A DNA stretch of 64,000 nucleotides from Microcoleus sp. GTDB lineage: Bacteria; Cyanobacteriota; Cyanobacteriia; Cyanobacteriales; Microcoleaceae. Position numbers and translations under genes: made by a program. Positions 48,198 to 59,254 of the stretch are shown here, in pieces (the first letter of the stretch is position 1; each line of letters begins with the position of its first letter). Under the pieces are notes generated by a model. The model saw nothing but the letters and a program-made list of their open reading frames with translations, did not search any database and was not told the origin of the DNA. The DNA lies in the NCBI GenBank assembly GCA_042408215.1, contig JAYFMW010000006.1, positions 1 through 64,000 of the forward strand, read 5' to 3'.

Positions 48198-48491
48198 TTA
48201 CAGACGCGAAGTTAAAACAATGTATTGAGGGCGAGTGCGATCGATAATTCCCTCTTCCTCTTGATCGGGTTGAACACCTGACAACGACTGACTGAGTACG
48301 TCCCCAATTCCCCAATATCCGAGGGTTATTGGTGTTCCCTGTTCGCTCCAAGTCAGGGTTCGGACGGTTCCCCGCTCAATTCGCAGTAAGCCGTTAAAGG
48401 GCATGGGTACCAACTGACGGCAGGTGAAAGTCTGCTGTCTGAGACTGGGGTACAAGGCTGGAGTGTAGGTGGAAAAAGTCATAGGATTCAC
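48198..48491 (-). pseudogene. Internally deleted duplicate of the Crp/Fnr regulator
   Basis: Matches the N- and C-termini of 35931..36521 but lacks about 95 codons including the HTH. Confidence 0.88.
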
Positions 48492-48569
48492 CGCTACTTT
48501 GGATACAACGTACAGTTTAAGCTAATTGATAATCTATGTTAACTAGCTGAATAAATTCCCATTCGGGAG

Positions 48570-49301
48570 TCAAGAAGGTTGAAACCCTTTGCGCGTGCTG
48601 TAAGAGACGTTTCGGAACTTCACGGTATCTGTATCTGGGTCGTAGAGAGTATAAGTTGCTTGTCCGCTGAGCCGACCCACATTCCCCACTCCGATCGCCC
48701 TCCGTGCTGTTGCAGACACGGTTGCAGGCGGCTCTTGAGAGTCCAGAGTTTGCACCCAGTTATTGATAATAGTGGGCTGTAATTGATACTCAAATGCTAA
48801 GCCCGATCGCCCGCAAAACAAAGTATTAGCATCAGCGCGAATCACGCGATCGAGCATCACAGGCGGCGGAGTCTCCGGGGTAAGCTCATCAGACGCGCTA
48901 ACCGTACTCCCATGAATCAACAAACAATCCAATTCATGAAAACCAAAATTCAAAGAGCGCAACCACTCTACAGTTTTCCGGCTAACGGAATCCCAGAGCA
49001 ACTTAATCGTATCTGCGCCGTATTTTTCTCGCAATTCTGTCGCATCTGGGCTAGCTCCTATTCCGTGTAAGTTAAAACACTGTTCTTCCCACCAACCGAT
49101 ACAGATTTGTGGTTCGATTTCTCCTCGTTTGGGCGATCGGACTCGCTGAACTAATTTTTCGCATTCGGGATTCGGGCCGACTAAATCGCCCAATATATAC
49201 AATTCGTCAACGCGACTTCTCAGGCGCTTTATGTCAGCTAGTACAGCTTCGTAAGCAGCCAGATTTCCTTCGATTCCACTTATTATTGCCCAGTTTTTCA
49301 T
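48570..49301 (-). CDS. Metallophosphoesterase-family protein (degenerate metal motifs)
   Basis: SGIEGN, LGDLVG, GWWE, IHGS, FCGRSG, GNVG. Confidence 0.85.
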   Translation of the reverse strand: MKNWAIISGIEGNLAAYEAVLADIKRLRSRVDELYILGDLVGPNPECEKLVQRVRSPKRGEIEPQICIGWWEEQCFNLHGIGASPDATELREKYGADTIKLLWDSVSRKTVEWLRSLNFGFHELDCLLIHGSTVSASDELTPETPPPVMLDRVIRADANTLFCGRSGLAFEYQLQPTIINNWVQTLDSQEPPATVSATARRAIGVGNVGRLSGQATYTLYDPDTDTVKFRNVSYSTRKGFQPS

Positions 49302-49578
49302 ATTTGTTAAGTGTTAGTAATGCTAAAGTTCAGAGTTTGTTTTGAACGGATATCTTACACCAAGATCAAAAAATTGTAGGGGCGGGTTCACCAACAATAA
49401 TCGCCAAAAACCAATAATCTGATAAACCCGCCCCACCCAACAGTAAATCGCAATCTACCTCTTTAATGAACTAATCTCAAGTTTTGGCGATTGCTTCGTT
49501 CCTCGCAATGACTAATGACCCTTCGACTACGCTCAGGGCACCGCTAATGACTAATGACTGCAAACTAATGACTAATGA

Positions 49579-50394
49579 CTACCTCTCGCAAACATGAGTC
49601 GGATCGTCGGCTCTTTCGGCATATTCTAAACCTCTAGCCAAACGCCATGCAAAAATCGGCGGCAAACCTTTTTCAATAATTGCAGCGCAAGTTGCTTGAT
49701 AGTCATATTCCACTTCTCGCAATGTCACTTGTTGCGCGTCAACATCGTAAATCACGTAGGTAGCATTCGGTCTCCCGTGGCGCGGTTCTCCTACGGAACC
49801 CACATTCACAATCCGTTTTAAGGGAGCGGTAAAACTTAAATCTTTGTCTCCTTCAATGCTTGGCCCGCTGACTCGCACCTGCATATTTCCAGCGTCTAAG
49901 GTGCGGACGTAGGGTACGTGGGTGTGACCGCAAAACAGCAGGTCAGCACCGGCAGAAAATACTCGTTCTAAGGCATAAAAAGCATCCATTGTTGGTAGTA
50001 AATATTCATGGTTGCTGTGAGGACTACCGTGAACGAAACACATATTGTCTTCTCGCAAACTCTGTGGCAATTTGGCTAAATATTCCCGCGTTTCTGGGAA
50101 GATTTGATTGTTAGTCCATTCGTGGGCTAATTTGCCTCTTTTTTCTGCTAAAACTGAGGGATAGCTGCATTCGCAGGAGTTCAAACCTTCGACAATATCT
50201 TCGTCCCAGCAGCCGACGCAAGTGGGAATATCGAGGGAGCGAATCATTTCTACTACGGCGTGGGGATTGGGCCCATAACCGACTAAATCTCCGAGACAAA
50301 AGATTTTTTCGGCTTGTTGTTGGTCAATGTCTGATAAAACTGCATTTAAGGCTTCGTAGTTGCCGTGAATGCAGGACATAACTGCTATTTTCAT
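49579..50394 (-). CDS. Metallophosphoesterase-family protein (Cys-substituted motifs)
   Basis: SCIHGN, LGDLVGYG, GCWD, VHGSP, GHTH, NVGSVGEPR. Confidence 0.9.
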   Translation of the reverse strand: MKIAVMSCIHGNYEALNAVLSDIDQQQAEKIFCLGDLVGYGPNPHAVVEMIRSLDIPTCVGCWDEDIVEGLNSCECSYPSVLAEKRGKLAHEWTNNQIFPETREYLAKLPQSLREDNMCFVHGSPHSNHEYLLPTMDAFYALERVFSAGADLLFCGHTHVPYVRTLDAGNMQVRVSGPSIEGDKDLSFTAPLKRIVNVGSVGEPRHGRPNATYVIYDVDAQQVTLREVEYDYQATCAAIIEKGLPPIFAWRLARGLEYAERADDPTHVCER

Positions 50395-50399
50395 TCTGT

Positions 50400-51167
50400 T
50401 TATTCTGCTGATAAAAGTGCTTGTTTGACTTGTTGTTGGTAATTCAACATGATTGTTTCTGACAGACAGCAATCTTCTAGGGTTTCTCCTAATGCTGTTT
50501 CATCGAGATTTTCGCCGACTATTTCTATCCCGCTAAATCTTTGGGGGCGGCCTTCGAGCCAGCGGGGAAGTGGCAATTCTTCGTGGGCCGTTTCTTTGAA
50601 TTCCGCAGCGAAATCGAAGTAGAACGATCGCCCGTCGGCTATGTCAAAAATGCCTTTGGCTCGGTGGATTTTGCCGTAGGCTCCTTGGGTCATTTCTTGG
50701 TACCAAAACAGATCTAGGCTGGCGGGATCGAGGACTTGTCCTCTGGTGGGGCTGCGCCAAATTGATAGTTTTTCTAGTTCCCCGCTAACGGCTATTCCTT
50801 CGACAATGACATCACCCCACTGATGCCATTCGGTGTTTTTGATGTCTGCGGGTACAACAGCAATCCGACGGCTGGGGAAGCTTTGGATCAGGTTTTCTAG
50901 TGTTGTCAGTTTCAGGTGAAATCCTAGTTCGATGTAGGCTGAAACGCCGTTTTCTAGGTGTTTCGCGAGATCGGACTCTTCGCCGTCTCTCAGGGTTTTG
51001 ATTTGGGGGAATTCGGCAGCGATGCAGGTTTGGTCGATCGGCACATTGCCGGTTCCAGGGCAGAAATACAGTACGGGTGTTGTCTCTGTTGCTAGCTGCT
51101 GTCGAATCCAGGTGGTTTTGCCACTTCCGGGCGGGCCCGCTACGGCGGTGATTATAGGTTGACTCAT
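50400..51167 (-). CDS. G3E/COG0523-related short GTPase
   Basis: GPPGSGKTT and CobW_C-like RAKGIF...GIEIVG. Confidence 0.8.
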   Translation of the reverse strand: MSQPIITAVAGPPGSGKTTWIRQQLATETTPVLYFCPGTGNVPIDQTCIAAEFPQIKTLRDGEESDLAKHLENGVSAYIELGFHLKLTTLENLIQSFPSRRIAVVPADIKNTEWHQWGDVIVEGIAVSGELEKLSIWRSPTRGQVLDPASLDLFWYQEMTQGAYGKIHRAKGIFDIADGRSFYFDFAAEFKETAHEELPLPRWLEGRPQRFSGIEIVGENLDETALGETLEDCCLSETIMLNYQQQVKQALLSAE

Positions 51168-51175
51168 AAATTTAA

Positions 51176-51190
51176 TGATAATCGTTCTCA
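51176..51190. promoter_or_regulatory. Zur-like box
   Basis: TGATAATCGTTCTCA, 8 nt from the ATG. Confidence 0.7.
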
Positions 51191-51414
51191 GTGTAAAGTG
51201 AGCTCTTAGATATTTGGATTTAATTGGGCGATCGCGCCCGATGCCCGCGTAGCGAGAGTTTCAAGCTCTTGTGGGGTGGGCTTCGGGCCCGCCCAAGCCT
51301 TACTTACCAACTCTTGTGATTAGCATCACAAACTTTCATGCGTCAAGTCACTGTAATATAAGTTAACACTCTGTTACATTAGTTTACATAAAGCAACAAA
51401 ACAAGGAAAAGCAC

Positions 51415-51633
51415 ATGACTTCACGTAACCTGATGGTAGATGACCAAGGCCTGCTCAACAACTTCGCAGTTGAACCCACGATGTATGTAGACGCTAACGT
51501 CAGCACCGGTTTCACCAAGTACGCCGAGAAAGTTAACGGACGTTTTGCGATGATCGGATTTGTTTCTTTGCTCGCAACGGAAATTTTGACCGGACAAAGC
51601 TTGATCGGCTTCATCAAAGATATTTTAGGCTAG
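51415..51633 (+). CDS. High light-inducible protein (HLIP)
   Basis: NNFAVEP, AEKVNGRFAMIGF. Confidence 0.93.
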   Translation: MTSRNLMVDDQGLLNNFAVEPTMYVDANVSTGFTKYAEKVNGRFAMIGFVSLLATEILTGQSLIGFIKDILG

Positions 51634-51937
51634 GTTATTGTATTGGAATTAGCTCAGACTGACACAAAGAAACCCGGTTCCTGTGAAAAATCCTGCCTTC
51701 AGTGATACAGACTTGTACATTAACCGGGTTTCCGATTCCCCGCAACAATTTTTAAAACACTTTTGAAATAATCACGATTTTAGAACAACGATAAACCCTC
51801 AGCAATTGCTGGGGTTTATTCATTTTAGGACTTACGATGGGGGCTCAGAAACCGGGTTTTTACCGAATCTGTGGGCTGCCACGAAGTATTTTAGTAAAAA
51901 CCCGGTTTCTTTGGTCGCAGTGCGTCCAGGACTGCTT

Positions 51938-52576
51938 TTATATCATCAGCTTATTTATCAGCTCATTCACCTTCCTAAGTTCTTGAATAATTTGCTCTAC
52001 TCTCCGCAGTTCAGTTGCAGGATCTGGCACTTGAATAGTGGGAGATGTAGATGAAGAATGAGCCACAACACCTCGTTCTTCCCCAAAGGTATTCATCGTG
52101 GCCAGCCAAGCAGGATCTAAATCATCTGTATCTATTCCTATTGGCAAAAGCAACGCCAGAATATTAGCTTCTTTGATGCCATGATTCTGCTTAATGATTC
52201 GGTTAAAACTCTCAATAGCTGAATCTATTTTTTTGTTAATTTTTATTTTTCCATCCGGGATTTTTTTACTTCCCTTCGTTGGACTCAGTGTATCTGGCGG
52301 TACTTCCATCATTTGACCGGAGAAGGCAAGCAGGCAGATTAAAGTACGGCAAGTCTTACCCTGACTATCCCAATGATTTTTAGCATTAAGGACTACTTCC
52401 CAAACTCTATCCTCAAAATAAGCCTCAATTTCAGCATGAACTAAAACTCTGTAGGCAAGAGTGAGGGCCAACTGTCGATCGGAATATGAACCTATAGGGT
52501 TAATTTTAGGAAGAAATTGTTTTTTTAACCTATTTAACTCCTTGGTTAGTATCCGAAATCTAACGGATTTTGGCAT
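51938..52576 (-). CDS. HEPN-domain protein (putative RNase effector)
   Basis: HAEIEAYFE N-terminal motif, NHGIKE, RGVVAH (Rx4H). Confidence 0.8.
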   Translation of the reverse strand: MPKSVRFRILTKELNRLKKQFLPKINPIGSYSDRQLALTLAYRVLVHAEIEAYFEDRVWEVVLNAKNHWDSQGKTCRTLICLLAFSGQMMEVPPDTLSPTKGSKKIPDGKIKINKKIDSAIESFNRIIKQNHGIKEANILALLLPIGIDTDDLDPAWLATMNTFGEERGVVAHSSSTSPTIQVPDPATELRRVEQIIQELRKVNELINKLMI

Positions 52577-52589
52577 GGCTATTAATAAC

Positions 52590-53837
52590 TTACCTCAAAC
52601 CGTTAAAGATAATACGGTTATCTACGAGTTCAGGTACATTAAACTCTACATCCAAAACCTTTAACAAAGCTTGGCCCCATAGTGAGAGACGAGTATGAGT
52701 TTCACGAATGCTAGTTGTTCTTTTCTCAACCGCTTCTCTGAATTCGCTATTAGATGATGAACATAACTCTTTAAAAGCATTGGCCACGCCCGTCAGATTC
52801 TGCTCAGCAGCTTGTCTAATAACTGGGTCTGAAAAATAAAAAACCATTACATCTAAAATAGCTCGATTAGACTTGCTTCGGTAAGCATTAGAACTGCTCA
52901 ACCACAGGCGAAATATATTTTCTTCTCCAAATATTCTACTGGTTGTTTGCACTGCATTCTCAAATTGGCTAACTGTATCTCCGATTTCAATTTCTCGCTC
53001 TTCCCAATCACTGTTGAGTTTTTCGCAGGTCATATCTAGGAATCTTTTAAGATTGCCGCGATAATCGGATAAAAAATGATGGAATGCTACATACCGCAGT
53101 AATAATTCGACATCGCGCATCCGAGAATCGGGATTTTTGGATTTGAGTATTTTTCTTAAAGCCTGATTTTTAATTGATTCGTCATCTAAAAAATTGATGA
53201 AATCACCGGGATGCAATGCTTGTCTCAGTTCTTGTGGAGATAGTGGAGTATTTTCTACATTAAGACGTAGAAAAATTTTGTAGAGTAAACTTTCTGTACG
53301 CCAATTCCGAATCAATGTAGTACGAAGAGTTTGATTGTCGAGTGCATCAAGTACAGAACTCAGGAGAATATCGTTTTTTATGTCCTGATGGGTACAACCA
53401 TTGAGTTCTGGTCTAAATTCTAAGTTTTTTAAAGCAAAACTATCGTTAGGAGTTTCGCTCCTGCCATAAAATTGCAGGATCGTAAGTAAGCGTTGCTTGC
53501 CGTCAAGAACTACAAATTTACCGCGTTTTTTTGCTGGGGAAGCTAACACTATTTCTGGAATAGGAAATCCCAGAAAAATTGATTCGATAAATCTACTTTT
53601 GCGAGTTATATCCCAGGCATCTCTTCTTTGAAATCTGGGATTTAGTTGAATATTTTCACGGATAAGTTGATCGAGTATGGTGGCTGTTGTCCAGTCAGTT
53701 CCAGCTACAAGAATATTTGAAATTTCCTTTAATGCTGATTGTTGCTTTTCCTTAGATTCAAGTTCATCATCTAGATCTTCATGTTCTTCATCAAAGCTTA
53801 CTTCTTCTGGTTTTTCCAAGAGTTTTAGTTCAGGCAT
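52590..53837 (-). CDS. DUF262 (GmrS/ParB-like) domain protein
   Basis: PRFQRRDAW, FIESI..GFPIP, LDGKQRL, IFLRLN....L.PQELR. Confidence 0.9.
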   Translation of the reverse strand: MPELKLLEKPEEVSFDEEHEDLDDELESKEKQQSALKEISNILVAGTDWTTATILDQLIRENIQLNPRFQRRDAWDITRKSRFIESIFLGFPIPEIVLASPAKKRGKFVVLDGKQRLLTILQFYGRSETPNDSFALKNLEFRPELNGCTHQDIKNDILLSSVLDALDNQTLRTTLIRNWRTESLLYKIFLRLNVENTPLSPQELRQALHPGDFINFLDDESIKNQALRKILKSKNPDSRMRDVELLLRYVAFHHFLSDYRGNLKRFLDMTCEKLNSDWEEREIEIGDTVSQFENAVQTTSRIFGEENIFRLWLSSSNAYRSKSNRAILDVMVFYFSDPVIRQAAEQNLTGVANAFKELCSSSNSEFREAVEKRTTSIRETHTRLSLWGQALLKVLDVEFNVPELVDNRIIFNGLR

Positions 53838-54041
53838 GACTTCGCTCTACTGGGTGAGTTTAGTCTGGATAGACTATGTATTTCCTAAGTATATTCGATC
53901 GCCACAGCCTGGAGGCAAGATTATTTGCGAAATTTACACTAAAATTTATGACAAAATCATGATAATTATAGAGCCGATCGCGATCGCAGGAAAACTCATG
54001 TACGCTATCCTGTGATTGTACCCATCTCAAGCATTAATACC

Positions 54042-54536
54042 ATGTCTGGCGATCGCCTGCAAAAAATTGTTGACAGCTTGACAGTTCGTCTCAAGCGCGA
54101 TGTATTAGTAGAAAAATCCCTATCCGAGATTCGAGAAGTCTTGCAGAGCGATCGCGCCGTACTGTATTATTTTTACAGGCACTGGCAGGGTCAAGTTACC
54201 TGCGAGATGTTAAGTGCGATCGAACTGTCAATTTTGGGTTCCACCGGGGCTGACGAGTGTTTTAACGGCGAATACGCTGCTTTGTACGAAGCAGGCCGAG
54301 TCAGAGCAATTGCAGATATTGAAGTAGAACCAATTCACGAATGTCACCGAGATTTTCTGCGTAGCATGAAGGTACGCGCTAATTTAGCAGTGCCAATTTT
54401 AACGGCGAAGGGACTTTGGGGGCTGTTAATTGCTCATCAGTGCAGTGGGCCCCGTACTTGGTTGCGATCGGAGATTGAATTTATGGAGAAACAAGCACAA
54501 AATATGGCAATTTCCCCCGCAATTCAAGATAGTTAA
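54042..54536 (+). CDS. Stand-alone GAF protein, DXCF cyanobacteriochrome-like
   Basis: DRAVLY, DECF, ECHRDFL, ANLAVPI, LWGLLIAHQC. Confidence 0.8.
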   Translation: MSGDRLQKIVDSLTVRLKRDVLVEKSLSEIREVLQSDRAVLYYFYRHWQGQVTCEMLSAIELSILGSTGADECFNGEYAALYEAGRVRAIADIEVEPIHECHRDFLRSMKVRANLAVPILTAKGLWGLLIAHQCSGPRTWLRSEIEFMEKQAQNMAISPAIQDS

Positions 54537-54554
54537 GTATTTGAATTAGGCTAA

Positions 54555-54768
54555 CTGAAAAGCGATATTTGTAGGGAAACGGCAATGCCGTGTCCGGCGC
54601 GGGGAGTAGGACATGGCAATGCCTGAAAAGCGATATTTGTAGGGAAACGGCAATGCCGTGTCCGGCGCGGGGAGTAGGACATGGCAATGCCTGAAAAGCG
54701 ATATTTGTAGGGAAACGGCAATGCCGTGTCCGGCGCGGGGAGTAGGACAAGGCAATGCGGTGTCCCTA
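54555..54768. repeat. 3 x 68-bp tandem REP-like units (GTAGGGAAACGGCAATGCCGTGTCC)
   Basis: Units at 54555, 54623 and 54691. Confidence 0.9.
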
Positions 54769-54771
54769 GGG

Positions 54772-57735
54772 TTAACTAATAGCTACAGCCTCCCCCAAAG
54801 GATGTTGCTGCAAAACAGCTTGCAAATATTTCCCAGTATAAGAACGAGGATTTCCCGCCACATCCTCCGGCGTCCCCGCCACAATAATCTCACCTCCCTT
54901 ATCTCCCCCTTCCGGGCCCAAATCGATCGCCCAATCGCAGCACCGAATCACATCCAAATTGTGTTCAATCACCAAAATTGAATTTCCCTTATCCACCAAT
55001 CTTTGCAACACATTTAACAAATGGTGAACATCATAAAAAGATAAACCAGTCGTCGGTTCATCAATCAAATAAAGCGTCTTCCCAGTAGCGCGACGCGACA
55101 ATTCCGTTGCCAATTTCACCCGCTGCGCTTCCCCTCCAGAAAGCGTCGGTGCGGGCTGTCCCAACTGAATATAACCCAAACCAACATCAGCTAAAGTTTG
55201 CAGTCTCATGGCCGCCCTGGGGATATTTTTAAACATCTCCAAAGCTTCCTCCACAGTCATGTTCAAAACATCAGAAATTGACTTGCCTTTGTACTTAACC
55301 TGCAACGTTTCCCGGTTGTAGCGCGCACCTTTACAAACCTCGCACTGCACGTAAACATCCGGCAGAAAATTCATCGAAATCACGTTCACACCTTGACCGC
55401 CGCAAGCTTCACACCTTCCCCCTTTCACGTTGAAAGAAAACTGTCCAGCTTTGTAACCTCTGGCTTTAGCTTCAATGCTTTCGGCAAACAAATCCCGAAT
55501 CACATCAAAGAGTCCCGTGTAAGTAGCGGGATTAGAGCGCGGAGTGCGGCCGATGGGAGATTGATCGATGACAATTACCTTATCAACCACATCCTCTATA
55601 GAGCGTTCGCCTTTCGTTTTTAGGGCATCCATATCGGGCGGCAAAGGCACTTTTTTGGTAAGATAATGTTGCAGCGACGGGTACAGCAATTCATTGATTA
55701 ACGTAGATTTTCCTGAACCAGAAACTCCCGTAACACAGACAAGTTTTCCCAGGGGAATTTCGACATCAATATTTCTTAAATTGTTGCGGCGAGCATTTTT
55801 AATTGAGAGATATTTACCATTGCCTTTTCTCCTTTCATTAGGGGTTTCAATTACTCGCTTTCCTGACAAATAAGCGCCCGTCAAAGATTCCTCAGCCGCC
55901 AGCAAGTCTTCTAAACTTCCTTGGGATATAATTTTGCCCCCGTGCAAGCCAGCACCGGGGCCGATATCGACAATGTGATCGGCCGCTCGCATGGTTTCTT
56001 CGTCATGTTCTACTACAATCAAAGTGTTGCCTAAATCTCGCAACTTTGTTAAAGTTTGCAGCAGCCGGAAATTGTCTCTTTGGTGCAAACCAATACTCGG
56101 TTCGTCCAAAACGTAAAGCACTCCTGTCAAACCGGAACCGATTTGAGTCGCAAGGCGAATTCGCTGTGCTTCCCCGCCAGAAAGGGTCATGGCTGCCCGG
56201 TCTAAGGTTAGATAATCTAACCCGACATCGAGGAGAAATTGCAGCCTTGCTTTGATTTCTCGGAGGGCTAAATCGGATATTTGAAATTGTCGATCGCTCA
56301 ATCCCAAATTATCTACTCGTTCCCGACATTCCCGAATCGAAATACTGGTTAAATCCACAATTCCGTACTGTCCCAACCGCACCGAAAGTGCCTCTGGTTT
56401 CAACCGCTTCCCGTGACAAACCAGGCAAAATTGATCGACACGATACTGTTCCAACTTCTGCTTGATTAAATCAGATCCAGTATCTTCATACTGGCGCTGC
56501 AACATCGAAATTACACCCTTGAAATCTCTCCTTAAATCCGTGGCACTGGTGTCCCGCTTCTTATTTTCTGCGGTTCTCTTTTCCTCATTTCCATACAAAA
56601 TCACCCGCTGATGTTCGGGCTTTAACCTGTACCAAGGAGTGTCAATATCAAACCCGCAAGTATCAGCAAGATTGCAAAGCAAAGACAGATAATAAGAATT
56701 GTCTTTGTCAGACCAAGGGGCGATCGCACAATAAATAGGCGCTTTCACATCCGGCACCACCAACTCCGGCGAAAAAGTCCGCAAACTCCCCAAACCGTGG
56801 CAGTTTGGACAAGCGCCGTAGGGCGAATTAAAGGAAAACAACCGGGGAGAAAGTTCCTCCATCACCGCCCCATGTTCCGGGCACGCAAAGTTTTCGGAAA
56901 AGACGATCGGCCCCTTTGGTTCTGGATTTTCGTCTGTTGGTAATTCTTCAATTACCGCAATTCCCTCAGAATGGCGCAGACAAGTTCCCAAAGAATCAAC
57001 TAAACGTTCTTCTAAACCTGGTTTTTTAATTAACCTGTCAACAACTATTTCGATGTTGTGGGTATGATTTTTATCTAATTCGATATTTTCCGACAGTTCT
57101 AAAATCTCGCCGTTAACTTTGACGCGACTAAATCCTTCTGCGGCTAAACTCGACAGTAATTTGCGGTGAGTGCCTTTTTTTCCCCGCACAACTGGTGCCA
57201 GAAGGTGAAAGCGAGTACCATCAGGAAGGGCCATGACGCGATCGCACATTTCATCAATTGTCTGCGGCGCAATGCAGCGATCGCAAATCGGACAGTGCGG
57301 TTCGCCAGCTCTGCCGTAGAGCAATCTGAGATAATCGTAAATTTCTGTAACAGTACCGACAGTCGATCGCGGGTTGTGAGAAGTTGATTTTTGGTCGATG
57401 GAAATAGCCGGACTCAAGCCCTCGATGGCGTCCACATCCGGTTTATCCAACTGTCCCAAAAACTGGCGCGCGTAGGCGCTGAGGGACTCCACGTAGCGGC
57501 GCTGTCCCTCGGCAAAAATTGTATCGAAAGCGAGGGAAGACTTACCAGAACCGGAGACACCCGTAAAAACTATAAGTCGATCGCGCGGCAGTTCCAAATC
57601 AATATTTTTCAGGTTGTGCTGTCTGGCGCCGCGAACCCGAATCGTATTTTGGTTGTTAGAGTTAGAAGTCATCACATTATGCCCGTTGCGGGATGCACTT
57701 GGCTGGCTTTTTGAGGTTTTGGCGCGTTGGGACAT
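54772..57735 (-). CDS. uvrA: Excinuclease ABC subunit A
   Basis: GARQHNLKN, two GVSGSGKS, zinc fingers, LSGGEAQR twice. Confidence 0.98.
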   Translation of the reverse strand: MSQRAKTSKSQPSASRNGHNVMTSNSNNQNTIRVRGARQHNLKNIDLELPRDRLIVFTGVSGSGKSSLAFDTIFAEGQRRYVESLSAYARQFLGQLDKPDVDAIEGLSPAISIDQKSTSHNPRSTVGTVTEIYDYLRLLYGRAGEPHCPICDRCIAPQTIDEMCDRVMALPDGTRFHLLAPVVRGKKGTHRKLLSSLAAEGFSRVKVNGEILELSENIELDKNHTHNIEIVVDRLIKKPGLEERLVDSLGTCLRHSEGIAVIEELPTDENPEPKGPIVFSENFACPEHGAVMEELSPRLFSFNSPYGACPNCHGLGSLRTFSPELVVPDVKAPIYCAIAPWSDKDNSYYLSLLCNLADTCGFDIDTPWYRLKPEHQRVILYGNEEKRTAENKKRDTSATDLRRDFKGVISMLQRQYEDTGSDLIKQKLEQYRVDQFCLVCHGKRLKPEALSVRLGQYGIVDLTSISIRECRERVDNLGLSDRQFQISDLALREIKARLQFLLDVGLDYLTLDRAAMTLSGGEAQRIRLATQIGSGLTGVLYVLDEPSIGLHQRDNFRLLQTLTKLRDLGNTLIVVEHDEETMRAADHIVDIGPGAGLHGGKIISQGSLEDLLAAEESLTGAYLSGKRVIETPNERRKGNGKYLSIKNARRNNLRNIDVEIPLGKLVCVTGVSGSGKSTLINELLYPSLQHYLTKKVPLPPDMDALKTKGERSIEDVVDKVIVIDQSPIGRTPRSNPATYTGLFDVIRDLFAESIEAKARGYKAGQFSFNVKGGRCEACGGQGVNVISMNFLPDVYVQCEVCKGARYNRETLQVKYKGKSISDVLNMTVEEALEMFKNIPRAAMRLQTLADVGLGYIQLGQPAPTLSGGEAQRVKLATELSRRATGKTLYLIDEPTTGLSFYDVHHLLNVLQRLVDKGNSILVIEHNLDVIRCCDWAIDLGPEGGDKGGEIIVAGTPEDVAGNPRSYTGKYLQAVLQQHPLGEAVAIS

Positions 57736-58085
57736 GAGAGTAGTGCAAAACAGTGCTTAACCATCTTAGCGCTGCCTTTGGAATAGCTGGCATCCAAAGT
57801 CAAGAATATCAAATCTCAATCAGCTATTGAGTCATCTTTCAGAGGACTTAAGCTTTGAGGCTGGGAATTAATTCCCAGGCGGACTGTGGCGATCGGTGCA
57901 AGATCTCAGATAGTTCTGGACTCAGAAACCGGGTTTTTTTACGGAAATACTGCATTTGAGGCTTTAAGACTGTTGAACACTTCGGCGGAGTTTATCCTGA
58001 GCGGAGCGTCGCACCCTCGCGTAGTCGAAGTGTCGAAGGGCGATCGTGGTTTGGTATTTATGCGTCCAGGACTATCAGATTAACC

Positions 58086-58530
58086 TTAAAGAATCGTCAA
58101 ATAAGTTTCCGTCGGCCCATCGGACAAAACCTTCAATCTTTGATTTTTCAAATCCACTTCAATTCCCAGCACTTCCATCGGAATCACCCCTAAAAGTGGC
58201 GTTTTCCCCTCTGACAATTCCCGACACTCAAAAGTCCCTTCGCGCCCGCACAGAGAAATTTTAGCATCTTGAAAAAATCCTCGCCTCACTGAGACCCGTA
58301 GCAGTTTCCACAACCACTTGCTTGAGGATTCTCAAACCCAATCTAGCAATGACATCTTTAGGCAAACATAAAGTAGTCGCGCCCGTATCCACTCAAACAT
58401 TTTCTAGAGTAACAGACCTGATTTGCTCAATTGGAATCATGCCCCGTTCCGCATCAGCCTGATCTATCAGATTTAAGATCGTTAGCGTTGTTGTAACTTT
58501 TCCCATTGGGGTTTCCGTAGTTGACTGCAT
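58086..58530 (-). pseudogene. Clan AA aspartyl protease-like, copy 1
   Basis: ENV*VDTGATTLCLP; +1 T in run at 58272-58277; LLGVIPME.LG C-terminus. Confidence 0.8.
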
Positions 58531-58560
58531 AATTTTACTTGACCTCAATTGAGATTAACG

Positions 58561-59014
58561 TTAAAGAATCGTCAAATAAGTTTCCGTCGGCCCATCGGAC
58601 AAAACCTTCAATCTTTGATTTTTCAAATCCACTTCAATTCCCAGCGCTTCCATCGGAATCACCCCTAAAAGTGGCGTTTTCCCCTCTGACAATTCCCGAC
58701 ACTCAAAAGTCCCTTCGCGCCCGCACAGAGAAATTTTAGCATCTTGAAAAAATCCTCGCCTCACTGAGACCCGTAGCAGTTTCCACAACCACTTGCTTGA
58801 GGATTCTCAAACCCAATCTAGCAATAACATCTTTAGGCAAACATAAAGTAGTCGCGCCCCTATCCACTCAAACATTTTCTAGAGTAACATACCTGACTTG
58901 CTCCATTGGAATCAGACCATCTTCTGCTTTCCCTTCATCCAGCCTATTTTTAATTACTAGGGTTGCGATCGCTTTTCCCATTGGGGTTTCTGTAGTTGTT
59001 TCCATTACGTTCAT
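58561..59014 (-). pseudogene. Clan AA aspartyl protease-like, copy 2
   Basis: Same TGA and frameshift, 475 bp away; DTG changed to DRG. Confidence 0.8.
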
Positions 59015-59254
59015 AATATAGCAATCCTTGCAGGAGTCGTAAATTTTTTACCCCACCCCAACCCTCCCCGCGGCTTCGGGGAGGGAGTAAGAAATTCACA
59101 AATGATTTAGGATTGCTATATCATAAATTGCTGCTTTAATTTTAGTATATACAGCGTATTCCAGGTTGATGAAGTAGAGACAAGGCAATGCTGTTTCCTA
59201 GTCCTAGTAGGGACTAGGCATTGCCGTGTCCTAGTAGGGACACTCCAAGAGCCC

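Noticed and set aside
53955..53972. Zur box upstream of DUF262/GAF genes
   Set aside because: Only a partial match (TGATAATTATAG) and no metal-related context.
58393..58395. Selenocysteine or readthrough recoding of in-frame stops
   Set aside because: The stops fall at ordinary residue positions and co-occur with frameshifts; decay or error is simpler.
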